Origin: Leptospiraceae bacterium UBA2033
GTDB taxonomy: Bacteria; Spirochaetota; Leptospiria; Leptospirales; Leptospiraceae
Length of the DNA: 64,000 nt
Direction: 5' to 3'
NCBI GenBank assembly: GCA_002333425.1
Contig: DDBL01000133.1
Location: forward strand, 5,740 to 69,739
In this document: positions 55,496 through 64,000 of the stretch, one piece after another
Position numbering within the stretch: position 1 is the stretch's first letter
How the letters are laid out: each line of letters begins with the position of its first letter
The notes under the pieces: generated by a model
Told to the model about the DNA's origin: nothing
What the model saw: only the letters and a program-made list of their open reading frames with translations
The model's database searches: none
Position numbers and translations under genes: made by a program

Positions 55496-56886
55496 AAAAC
55501 AAAGAACGTTATATATGGATTAGCCTCGTCGCAATTTTAAGTTGCTCTTTATTTCAACCAATAGAGCGTGTGAAAGCAATTTCTACAGATGGAGAAAAAT
55601 ACCTACAAATCCTACATGAAGTAGTTGCTTTCATTGAAACAGATTATGTAGAATCTGTGGAAGAAAAGAATTTATATGTAGGTGCTATCAAGGGATTGAT
55701 TGCAAGTCTGGGTGATCCTCATTCTAGGTTTATGGGTGAAGATGAGTTTAGGCATTTGCAGGAAGAAACTCGCGGTAGTTTTGGTGGCGTAGGTTTGGAA
55801 GTCACTCATTCGGAAGGATCTATTTTGGTGATTTCTCCTTATGATGATACTCCTGCTATGAAAGCGGGAATTCAACCCCAAGATAGAATTTTAGAAATTG
55901 CTGGCAAAAGCACAGAAAAAATGTCAATCGAAGATGCTGTCAAACTCATGCGTGGTGCTCCTGGTACAAACGTTACAATAAAGGTAAAAAGAAAATCGGC
56001 AAAGGATCCTTTTTTTACGACCTTGACTCGTGAGTTAATTAAAATTCAATATTTAAAATCTGCTTTTTTGGAAAATGAAAAATTAGGTTATATTCGGTTA
56101 ACCCAATTTATGGGAAGAGAAAACAATACCGGCGGTGAATTTAAACGAATTGTACAAGAGTTTGCTTCAAAGGAGGCTCAGGGGATAATCATAGATTTGC
56201 GCTCTAATCCTGGGGGATTACTGGACTTAGCCATTGAACTTTCGGATATATTTTTGAAACCTGACTTGGATATTGTATCGGTCAAAGGTAGAGGTGAGAA
56301 GTTAATCCGAGTATATAAATCTGTGGATAATCAAGGTAAGATTCTTGACATTCCATTGGTTGTTCTACTCAATGCAGGCTCTGCTAGTGCATCTGAAATT
56401 TTAGCTGGTGCATTGCAGGATAATAAACGTGCGATTATCATTGGAAATCAATCGTTCGGAAAAGGCTCTGTGCAAAATATTTACACACTTCCACATAAGA
56501 CTGGTATTGCACTAACCATTCAGAAATACTATACTCCAAGTGGAGTTTCGATTCACAAAAAAGGAATTACTCCTGATGTAGTAGTAAATCAAATCACACC
56601 GGATAATGACGATAAGGCGCTACTAGAAAAATTGACTAAGACAACTATATTGCAGACTTTCATCAAAGAAAATCCAGGTTATAGTGAGAAAAATGTAAAG
56701 TTATTTCAAGATTTACTCGCGAAAAAGGGATATAAGATGAATAAAACAATCTCTCGTTTTCTTCTAAAAAAAGAAAATGCAATCGGAGAAAAAAGTCCTG
56801 TGTATGATAGAGAGTTTGACCCACAATTAAATAAGGCGATTGAACTACTTCTCAATCCTCCAAATCCTAAACCCATTTCAATGTAA
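55492..56886 (+). CDS. ctpA: Carboxy-terminal processing protease (S41) with PDZ domain
   Basis: Contains GGVGLEV, a PDZ domain, DLRSNPGGLLD and GSASASEILAGAL. Confidence 0.9.
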   Translation: MKNKERYIWISLVAILSCSLFQPIERVKAISTDGEKYLQILHEVVAFIETDYVESVEEKNLYVGAIKGLIASLGDPHSRFMGEDEFRHLQEETRGSFGGVGLEVTHSEGSILVISPYDDTPAMKAGIQPQDRILEIAGKSTEKMSIEDAVKLMRGAPGTNVTIKVKRKSAKDPFFTTLTRELIKIQYLKSAFLENEKLGYIRLTQFMGRENNTGGEFKRIVQEFASKEAQGIIIDLRSNPGGLLDLAIELSDIFLKPDLDIVSVKGRGEKLIRVYKSVDNQGKILDIPLVVLLNAGSASASEILAGALQDNKRAIIIGNQSFGKGSVQNIYTLPHKTGIALTIQKYYTPSGVSIHKKGITPDVVVNQITPDNDDKALLEKLTKTTILQTFIKENPGYSEKNVKLFQDLLAKKGYKMNKTISRFLLKKENAIGEKSPVYDREFDPQLNKAIELLLNPPNPKPISM

Positions 56887-57897
56887 ATGTTTGGACTTGG
56901 AATTGAATCTAGTTGTGATGAGACTTCTATTGGAATTGTAGAAGATGGAAAACACTTACGTTGTCTAAAGTTATTTAGTCAAATCGAAACTCATGCCGAG
57001 TTTCGAGGCGTAGTTCCTGAAATTGCTTCCCGTGCTCACTTAGAAAAAATAAATTTACTCTTAGAAGAAGCACTAGATGAATCAGGTCTTTCTTTTAGCG
57101 ACTTATCGTATATAGCCGTAACTACTAGACCGGGGCTTTTGGGTTCGTTAATGATTGGAGCACAATTGGCTAGGTGTATTTCGTTTGTTTGCAAAATTCC
57201 AATTGTCACAGTTGATCACCTAGAAGCGCACCTAAGCACTGTTTACCTCGAGAATAAATTTCCATCATTTCCTTACCTTGGTGTTTTACTTTCCGGCGGG
57301 AACTCTTCTATTTTTATTGTAGAAGATTACGGCAAAATGAAATTAATCGGAGATACGTCCGATGATGCTCTGGGTGAGGCTTTTGATAAAGTCTCTGCTT
57401 TATTACAGCTTCCTTACCCGGGCGGACCTGCTGTGGAGAAAAGAGCATTACAGTATGTGTCGCAAGATGGGGATAATAGTCCTTTTCCTGAGTTGTTAAA
57501 AGATTTTCCATCAGATAAAATTCAATTTTCATACAGTGGAATTAAGACTAGTGTAATGTATTATATCAAAAAACATTCCCTCACTGAAGAAAAAATTAAC
57601 GAAATTTGTTATCATTTTCAAAATACAGCATTTCAACTCGTAGAAAAAAATGTCCTAAAGGCAGTAAAGCTTACAGGTATCAAGACGATTGTTGCAAGTG
57701 GGGGAGTGCTTGCCAATGAGACTCTTCGAAATCGTTTTCAAAAAATTGCAGATAAAAAAAATCTACAAGTCTATTACCCTGAGAAAAAAATTCTGTGTAC
57801 GGATAACGGTGCTATGGTCGCTGTGCTTGGTTATTACCTATTTCAAAAAGGCAAAGTGGATACTTTAGATTTTAAAGTAAGCCCAAATCGCTATTGA
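56887..57897 (+). CDS. tsaD: tRNA N6-adenosine threonylcarbamoyltransferase
   Basis: Contains GIESSCDETS, VDHLEAH and GGVLAN. Confidence 0.95.
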   Translation: MFGLGIESSCDETSIGIVEDGKHLRCLKLFSQIETHAEFRGVVPEIASRAHLEKINLLLEEALDESGLSFSDLSYIAVTTRPGLLGSLMIGAQLARCISFVCKIPIVTVDHLEAHLSTVYLENKFPSFPYLGVLLSGGNSSIFIVEDYGKMKLIGDTSDDALGEAFDKVSALLQLPYPGGPAVEKRALQYVSQDGDNSPFPELLKDFPSDKIQFSYSGIKTSVMYYIKKHSLTEEKINEICYHFQNTAFQLVEKNVLKAVKLTGIKTIVASGGVLANETLRNRFQKIADKKNLQVYYPEKKILCTDNGAMVAVLGYYLFQKGKVDTLDFKVSPNRY

Positions 57898-57969
57898 AAA
57901 ATGAATTTACATTGAATGGATTAGAATTATTCTTTACCGTGAAATTTTGATTGGAAAAAAAGGAGAATT

Positions 57970-58740
57970 ATGAAATTAAAACTAAACTGGGTGCCTAATG
58001 CACTTTCCCTTGGAAATCTTACATTAGGCTTTGTTTCCATATTAATAGCATCTGAGGCTACAAACTCGAATCCGAATAGCTCACAGGTGTTTTTGTTATC
58101 GGGAATTTTTATTATTTTGGCGGCTTTGTTCGATGGGTTTGATGGGATGGCTGCTAGGGCTTTAAATGCTACCTCCGACTTAGGGGCTGAGTTAGATACA
58201 TTGGCTGACTTGACTACCTTCGGAATAGCTCCGGGTTATCTTACCTACAAGATGATTTTAGAGAATTTTAAGTTTGATTTTTTTGGGACAGGAGAGCTTT
58301 TTCCTTATGGAATGTTAGTTGCTTCTATTTTCCCTATCTGTGCCGCCTATCGTTTGGCAAGGTTTACTGTGTCTCATGATCCTTCTTCCTTTACAGGACT
58401 ACCATCTCCGATTGCTGGTGTGATTGTTGGACTTTTTCCAGTTGCATTTCCTGCTAATACTTTTTCTACTTTTTTTACAATTCCTGCTTTTGTGATAGTT
58501 GCTTTACTTATGGTGTCTACCATTCGTTATTCCAAACCACAAGTTGCTATTAGGGGAAAGTTCACCCGAGGAAGAATTTTGATTATCTTAATTGGGTTTG
58601 GAGTTTTATTTTTCTTTTTAGGACTTCGTAAAGCTCCATTTGTAATGTATGGTCTTTTAGTATTCTATGTATCCTCTGGAATTATAAGTTTGATCATTCA
58701 ATTCATTCAAGATTTTTTTCCTGATGCAGAGGAAAAGTAA
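57970..58740 (+). CDS. pssA: CDP-diacylglycerol--serine O-phosphatidyltransferase
   Basis: Has the CDP-alcohol signature DGFDGMAARALNATSDLGAELDTLADL and is multi-TM. Confidence 0.8.
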   Translation: MKLKLNWVPNALSLGNLTLGFVSILIASEATNSNPNSSQVFLLSGIFIILAALFDGFDGMAARALNATSDLGAELDTLADLTTFGIAPGYLTYKMILENFKFDFFGTGELFPYGMLVASIFPICAAYRLARFTVSHDPSSFTGLPSPIAGVIVGLFPVAFPANTFSTFFTIPAFVIVALLMVSTIRYSKPQVAIRGKFTRGRILIILIGFGVLFFFLGLRKAPFVMYGLLVFYVSSGIISLIIQFIQDFFPDAEEK

Positions 58741-58748
58741 TATTAGCC

Positions 58749-59195
58749 TTAATCTTTTTTTTGAATTCTAAATCGAACTGTTCTATTTTTAGGGTCAAAT
58801 TTATCTTTTCCTAAGTGTTGATTTGGCTCTGGATCAGCAATTGCCTTTAATTTGGTTTCTTCTATTCCATTTTCAAAGAGCAGTTGTTTAATCGAATTTG
58901 CTCTTCCTTGTGATATAAGTTTCCTATTTTCAGGAAGTTCTGTTGCATCCATTTTCCCGCGAATTTCGATATAGTAATCACTTCCTAAACTTTGGCTAAT
59001 CTCTCTTATCTGCTCACAGTATTTTTTACACCACTCTTTAAAATAGATTGGATTAACTTCATTTTGCCCTGCATAAAATCCTGAGAAGAATTCTGTTTCA
59101 GGATAATTGATTTGTTCTAGTTTTTGATTTTGTAGATAAATACAGTCAGAGAAAAAAAATAAAGACAACAAACTTCCAGCTAAGTAGGAGTGCAA
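58749..59195 (-). CDS. Putative lipoprotein with weak OmpA-like C-terminal domain
   Basis: The ORF runs to 59465, but residues 1-90 cross a repeat element. A TTG at 59195 would give (M)HSYLAGSLLSLFFFSDC. The C-terminus is ...SQGRANSIKQLL...NRTVRFRI. The start is uncertain. Confidence 0.4.
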   Translation of the reverse strand: MHSYLAGSLLSLFFFSDCIYLQNQKLEQINYPETEFFSGFYAGQNEVNPIYFKEWCKKYCEQIREISQSLGSDYYIEIRGKMDATELPENRKLISQGRANSIKQLLFENGIEETKLKAIADPEPNQHLGKDKFDPKNRTVRFRIQKKD

Positions 59196-59250
59196 AGATT
59201 TTGTGAATAATGAGCAATCTTGTGACTGTGCAAAAACAAAGAAAATATCT

Positions 59251-59337
59251 CTCACAGAGGGCACGGAGTTCACAGAGAGTATTGATTTCGCCGGCGCTAT
59301 TGACTCTTCTCTCTGTGCTCTCAGTGTGCTCTGTGAG
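59251..59337. repeat. Inverted pair of triple-octamer elements
   Basis: CTCACAGAGGGCACGGAGTTCACAGAGAG (59251-59279) pairs with CTCTCTGTGCTCTCAGTGTGCTCTGTGAG (59309-59337). ATGCTTTTACACA follows, as at 52640. Confidence 0.75.
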
Positions 59338-59439
59338 AAAATCATGCTTTTACACAGTCCCAAGCTCAAGAATGAAATGTTTTTTTTTAATACAATCGTA
59401 ATACTGCTTAGTCTTAGATTCATACTCTCTCCTCTTTTT

Positions 59440-60972
59440 TTAGAATTTATACTCTGCACTGACAAAAGCCTCTCTGATATAACTTCCCATTCGACTATCG
59501 TTTAATGCTTTTAGACCGTCGCCTGGCTGAAAATAACCAGAACGAAATAATAACTGAAAGTCGCTCAAAACATTCCAGCGAATATTTAAGTTGTATTCTT
59601 TTCCCAAGAAATTGGAAGTATTTTTACCGTATAAAAAATTAAAGTCGCGATTAATGCTCATTGTAGGTGCTTTGTTTGCATAAAGATGATAATACCCTAG
59701 TGTCAATTCAACCGGTCCCCAAACGATTATATTAGTAAATGCGCCTACTTCATATAAACCGCTCATTGTATTTGCGGTAAATAATGCGTATCCTCCAGTA
59801 AAGTCTAATGCAATATTTGAAATGGTAAAGTCAGAAAAAAGACCACGATACCCACTTCCTTTATAACTAGCTGGTACACCGTTTTTACTATAACCTGGTC
59901 TACCAGTTGTCCCAATTCCGATTAAGTTGAATTTGATTTGTGGATTATAGATATAGGAAAATTGTAAGTCCCAGAGTCCGCCGCTTATATTATAGTTTTT
60001 CCTTTCTTGGTAAATTTCATTTTCAGATAAATCTCTTTGTGTTCTAAGTGCTTTTACATTTCCGTGGTTGTAAATTCCATGAGCAATTATATTAAATGTT
60101 CCTAGATTCCATTCATTATAAACTCCATACCAAAATAGATTACCCGTTTCTCTAAACAAATCTGTTTGATCATTATCTGTTTGTGAGTAATTGTAAAGTT
60201 CTAATTTATAATTCGCCATTGGTAAAAATTTGGCTTTCAAAAAAACAACATTTACATTTTGTCTTTTCTCATTAAATCCATTTCCATCTAGATCAGCAGC
60301 AGTTCTTTCCCTTGTACGAATCCAACCACCTTCTAGAGTAAGTTTGTAGCTAGGAATTCCTTTTGTGAGAACAGCACCACTTCCAATTGCAAATACTAAT
60401 CGACCGAGGGCAGAAGAAAAAAACTGAATTCCATACCTGGAAGTAAAATCATATTCCTTTAACTTAAAATTGATGTACAAAAAGTTTGTTCGTAGGTTAA
60501 CGGGTGTTTGCTGTCCGAGTTCTCCACCTGTTCCACTTCCTAGAACTGCAGGATTGTTTCTGTCTGCATTAGAAATAGATTTTCCTCCAAAAGTCATATC
60601 CCCAATTTGAACACCCGCTAAACCATCAAAATACTTTGATGTGTAAAACTCTAAATTTAGTAATACTCTTGAATCAAAGTAATTTAGATTTTCTTTTTGT
60701 GGTGATAGAGTGCTTTGTTTGCCTGCCAATCTAGAGTTTAGCTCATTAGTAAGGAGTTCATTGTTTGCAGTATTTTGATTTGCAAATTCTAATTCTGGAT
60801 TGTAGATAGGATAGGTAGGAGTTTTGCGGATAAGCGGTGTATCCCTACCAAGTGCAAATCCACGAAATCGCATAGACCCAGTCATATTAAATTTGGTCTG
60901 CTGTTCTGCATCCTGTGAGTAAATAGAATAGATATTTAAGTTAATTAGAATTAGGATGAAAATAACTTTCAT
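59440..60972 (-). CDS. Outer-membrane beta-barrel protein (porin-like)
   Basis: Has a signal peptide, 510 aa of alternating strands and C-terminal ...SAEYKF. Confidence 0.6.
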   Translation of the reverse strand: MKVIFILILINLNIYSIYSQDAEQQTKFNMTGSMRFRGFALGRDTPLIRKTPTYPIYNPELEFANQNTANNELLTNELNSRLAGKQSTLSPQKENLNYFDSRVLLNLEFYTSKYFDGLAGVQIGDMTFGGKSISNADRNNPAVLGSGTGGELGQQTPVNLRTNFLYINFKLKEYDFTSRYGIQFFSSALGRLVFAIGSGAVLTKGIPSYKLTLEGGWIRTRERTAADLDGNGFNEKRQNVNVVFLKAKFLPMANYKLELYNYSQTDNDQTDLFRETGNLFWYGVYNEWNLGTFNIIAHGIYNHGNVKALRTQRDLSENEIYQERKNYNISGGLWDLQFSYIYNPQIKFNLIGIGTTGRPGYSKNGVPASYKGSGYRGLFSDFTISNIALDFTGGYALFTANTMSGLYEVGAFTNIIVWGPVELTLGYYHLYANKAPTMSINRDFNFLYGKNTSNFLGKEYNLNIRWNVLSDFQLLFRSGYFQPGDGLKALNDSRMGSYIREAFVSAEYKF

Positions 60973-60975
60973 GCA

Positions 60976-61815
60976 TTAAGGAACCCATGCACTATTATTA
61001 AAGTATTTTTCTTTTAAGCGATTTATTTCGCCTGTCCTCTTCATTTCTCTAATAAAAAAATTTGCTTCTACCATTAGCTCAATGTCATATTTTTTCATGG
61101 TGATACTTAAATGTTTTTCAATCACTGGATTTACTACAGGTTGCATTCTAACTTTTAAGGAAGGGTTTCGTTGGATTAGCCCCTCAAGATATAAATTGTC
61201 AGCTACATAACAATTGATTTGATTTTCATTTAATGCGTTTAATGTGGCTTCATCTGTAGGATAAGCTTTAATAGTTACTCTTGGGAAATTCTCTTTTACA
61301 AATTCCAAATTTGACGTATTATCTTTTACTCCAATCACTAATCCAGAAAGAGATTTTAAATCAAATAAGTTTCGAAAGATTTTATTGGTAACAACTTGTC
61401 CTTCAGACTCTGCGGGTAATATTGATTTGTTTACGAGCGCCCCAGGAGATGTTGAATAATAGGGGTCGCTAAATCCGAGAGATTTGCCCCTAGGTAGGCT
61501 AGATGAATTTCCAAACGAAATATCTACTCTACCAGATTTGATTGCTTTCGCATGGTCGGCAAATGTAAGAAGTGGAACTACTTCTTTTAGTGTTACTCCT
61601 AAATAATCTGCAAAAGCTTGTGCAAGTTCCACTTCAAAACCTGGGAATCCTGGCTTTGGATTTTGAATATAGTAGGGTTCGTAATCTCCACCAACGGAAA
61701 TAACGATTTCTTTTTTCTTTAGAATTTTATGTAATTGAGAATTTTCATTTGCAAAAATTCCAATCGAAACAAAAAAAAAGAGACTAGTTAAAATATAAAT
61801 TTTCCAATTTCTCAT
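60976..61815 (-). CDS. ABC-type amino-acid substrate-binding protein (SBP family 3-like)
   Basis: 279 aa with a signal peptide. Contains ...GGDYEPYY...GFEVELAQAFADYLGV...D..FG... Confidence 0.7.
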   Translation of the reverse strand: MRNWKIYILTSLFFFVSIGIFANENSQLHKILKKKEIVISVGGDYEPYYIQNPKPGFPGFEVELAQAFADYLGVTLKEVVPLLTFADHAKAIKSGRVDISFGNSSSLPRGKSLGFSDPYYSTSPGALVNKSILPAESEGQVVTNKIFRNLFDLKSLSGLVIGVKDNTSNLEFVKENFPRVTIKAYPTDEATLNALNENQINCYVADNLYLEGLIQRNPSLKVRMQPVVNPVIEKHLSITMKKYDIELMVEANFFIREMKRTGEINRLKEKYFNNSAWVP

Positions 61816-61829
61816 AATTAGTAAATAAA

Positions 61830-62882
61830 TTATAGATTAATTGTTTTGTCTATAATATTATGATTTTTCAAAATGACTGTGTTCATTGTTAAAAGCAAAA
61901 ATAAACAGGTAATGAATACAACTACGCCTACAGTCGATAAAAAAATAAAGAGTAGATTTTTCATGAATCTGTATTGTAAAAAAGATATACTAACAAGAAT
62001 ATTTTTGGTGGTTGATAAATTCTCTTCCTTTCCAATTTTATAATAGTTACGAATATAAAAAATGGAAAGTAGGATAATCATAATAAAAAGTAAAATTCCA
62101 AACTCAGAAGTATAATGTTTTTGTAAGGAGAATAATGGAATATAAACTAGGTTGCCAATTAGAATTCCGGAAAAGATTATATAAACAAAATGACTTGCAA
62201 TTTTTATAAAAGAGGATTCTTTTTTTGTCTCAACTCCAATTCCTTTAATTGCGGGTCTTGCATTGTTTTCTTCATCGTTGTAAGAAGCTAGTAAAAGTGT
62301 ATTAAATTTAAAATCAATAGACTCATCTTTTTTAAATAATTGAGTTAGTGAGTAAATCACAGAAATTAATACTGATAAATGAAAAAACAAAAGTGGAACA
62401 CCGGCAAATGGTACATATACTGCTATTAACATGGATCTAAGTAAATATCCAAATACAATGAAAAACGATATCGATAATAAAACTCTCGCGATAAAAACAG
62501 AAAACCAAGCCTGATTTAGAACGGAGATCATGGTAGATAAACACAAGCCAATTATGAATACATTGACAAATAGAGAAATCTTATGCCCTATTAAAAGGCT
62601 TTCAATTTTCTCTATAGTCTTTTCTAATTTTCCGTCAGAGGGAGTAAAATTGTCATTAACCTCTTCTAAGATTGAGTTCAGAAAAAATATTTTAAATAAA
62701 ATTCCTTTTTTCATCTCGAAGGTTGCAGGTTTCGCAACTGGCTCTTCTTCTGGCAAACCAATTTCGATTTGCTGTTGACTTGTTGGTTCAAATTCAATGG
62801 TGAAATTTAAGAGGATACTCTCTAAAGAAAATAGAAGAATCAATACAGAGATGAATAGAATAATTTTTTTTGTCTTATGCAT
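61830..62882 (-). CDS. Hypothetical polytopic membrane protein
   Basis: 350 aa with about 7 TM segments. I recognise no motif. Confidence 0.55.
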   Translation of the reverse strand: MHKTKKIILFISVLILLFSLESILLNFTIEFEPTSQQQIEIGLPEEEPVAKPATFEMKKGILFKIFFLNSILEEVNDNFTPSDGKLEKTIEKIESLLIGHKISLFVNVFIIGLCLSTMISVLNQAWFSVFIARVLLSISFFIVFGYLLRSMLIAVYVPFAGVPLLFFHLSVLISVIYSLTQLFKKDESIDFKFNTLLLASYNDEENNARPAIKGIGVETKKESSFIKIASHFVYIIFSGILIGNLVYIPLFSLQKHYTSEFGILLFIMIILLSIFYIRNYYKIGKEENLSTTKNILVSISFLQYRFMKNLLFIFLSTVGVVVFITCLFLLLTMNTVILKNHNIIDKTINL

Positions 62883-62884
62883 AC

Positions 62885-63835
62885 TTATAAAAATACATAT
62901 GCTACGATCCAGGCTACAATTAATAGACCTATGAGCGAAGCAACCCCTATCGTATTTAAGTTAAAATTAAATTGTCTGGGCGGTTTGTTTTCTAAAATTT
63001 CAGAATCATTTTTCTTTTTGATTGTGGTTGCTAAAGTTTCAAAGCCAGCTAATTTTACTTTTACAGTAGTTTCTGCTTCTTTGTAGCGACCAAATATTCC
63101 ATCTGTGATTTTTACAATTGTATCCACTTCTTTGGGATTTTTTTTAATATCAATAATCGTCGCAGGTACTGGTCGAATGATTCCTGCTTCATCTTTTAGC
63201 GAAAGTAGGTTAATTACGTTATTGGAAATTTCGTCGTCTGTAGCAAACTTCACCATGATTCTATCACCAATTCTAAGTTCATCTACCCGAGTCCCAGTTA
63301 CAGGAGAAAGAACATATGTAAATTTAGAAATGAGAGAACCGGGTGGAATAAGACCATCTTCGTATTCTTTTTCTTTAGGTTTTTCGGTTAAATCTTCTTT
63401 AACTGCTGTGCCATCTAACTCTTCTCGTTCGATGGAATGAAAAATAGTATTAATTAAATAGTCTCCCTTGCCAAGGACTTTGGAGAGATTCTGCTTTAAT
63501 AGCTCATTTAGTTTTTCGGAATTTTCATATTCCAAATAGTATAACATTTCTACTAGATAACTTTCAGAGCTAAAGGAATTTTTGAAAGAATTGACAAGTG
63601 TAAGAGTAGCACTTTGTACGTGATTGCCCTCAAACATAAATTTTTGAATACGATTTACAACGTCTTTGTATGTATAATCTGAATTGATATTAATTAACTC
63701 TGGACTATGTGATACAAGTGTTTCAAATCTTTCGATATTATTTTTTTGTTTGTTAGCCACAGCTGCAAAAACTACGAAAGTTCTTTGGATGCTATCTCGG
63801 GCTACAAATTTGATAAAGTATAAATCGCTAGACAT
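62885..63835 (-). CDS. Hypothetical protein with C-terminal TM anchor
   Basis: 316 aa with a single C-terminal TM segment (GVASLIGLLIVAWIVAYVFL). It lies 2 nt upstream of the next gene. Confidence 0.55.
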   Translation of the reverse strand: MSSDLYFIKFVARDSIQRTFVVFAAVANKQKNNIERFETLVSHSPELININSDYTYKDVVNRIQKFMFEGNHVQSATLTLVNSFKNSFSSESYLVEMLYYLEYENSEKLNELLKQNLSKVLGKGDYLINTIFHSIEREELDGTAVKEDLTEKPKEKEYEDGLIPPGSLISKFTYVLSPVTGTRVDELRIGDRIMVKFATDDEISNNVINLLSLKDEAGIIRPVPATIIDIKKNPKEVDTIVKITDGIFGRYKEAETTVKVKLAGFETLATTIKKKNDSEILENKPPRQFNFNLNTIGVASLIGLLIVAWIVAYVFL

Positions 63836-63948
63836 ATTTATTGTTTAAAACAGGATTTATAACAAATAAACCAATTCCTATCTAAATGGCAACTAATATT
63901 ATTAAGTTTGCAAATTCACTCCTAGATACCAACATGGCTTAGGAATTT

Positions 63949-63974
63949 TGCCACAGAGACACAGAGGCACCGAG
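63949..63974 (+). repeat. TTGCCAC + triple-octamer element (single, forward)
   Basis: TGCCACAGAGACACAGAGGCACCGAG. Confidence 0.75.
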
Positions 63975-64000
63975 GTTTAATTTAATTGGTAATTTGGTCA

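Overview
This is a 64-kb chromosomal segment from a low-GC spirochaete, very probably a Leptospira-type genome. The evidence is a 918-aa GreA, an adjacent flaA2-flaA1 flagellar sheath gene pair, a PUR-like protein, a DUF1564-like ORF and many lipobox N-termini. I support about 60 CDS and one tRNA-Ser(GGA); there are no rRNA genes, CRISPR arrays, IS elements or prophage. Housekeeping genes include ftsH, pgsA-like, pssA, an NhaP-type antiporter, a wzm/wzt-like ABC pair, greA, metK, a transketolase C-subunit, class II photolyase, recR-ybaB-dnaX, lexA, ctpA and tsaD. The most interesting region is 4975-13475 on the minus strand, which holds two tandem operons built on the same plan. Each opens with a paralogous 130-aa membrane-anchored protein carrying a mirrored CxCxH...HxCxC motif. 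A 42-nt block, 41/42 identical between the two copies, follows and reads as a MerR-style promoter with a 19-bp spacer holding a dyad. Exported metalloprotein-like genes come next, and each operon ends with a possibly related outer-membrane barrel. One operon carries an MbnP-like/MbnH-like pair. The other carries a beta-propeller lipoprotein, a CX4CH lipoprotein and a His/Met-rich barrel. Other notable content includes two type II toxin-antitoxin loci, a frameshifted DUF4279-like pseudogene, an archaeal-type (type II) GAPDH-like gene and an SOS-box-like site between a compact UvrD-like helicase and a small-ORF/radC pair. There are also at least three intergenic repeat families: TT(G/A)CCAC plus triple-octamer elements, GC-clamped hairpins placed right after stop codons, and a 214-bp MITE-like element with perfect 13-bp terminal inverted repeats. 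All functional calls rest on motif recognition by eye; no database search was run.
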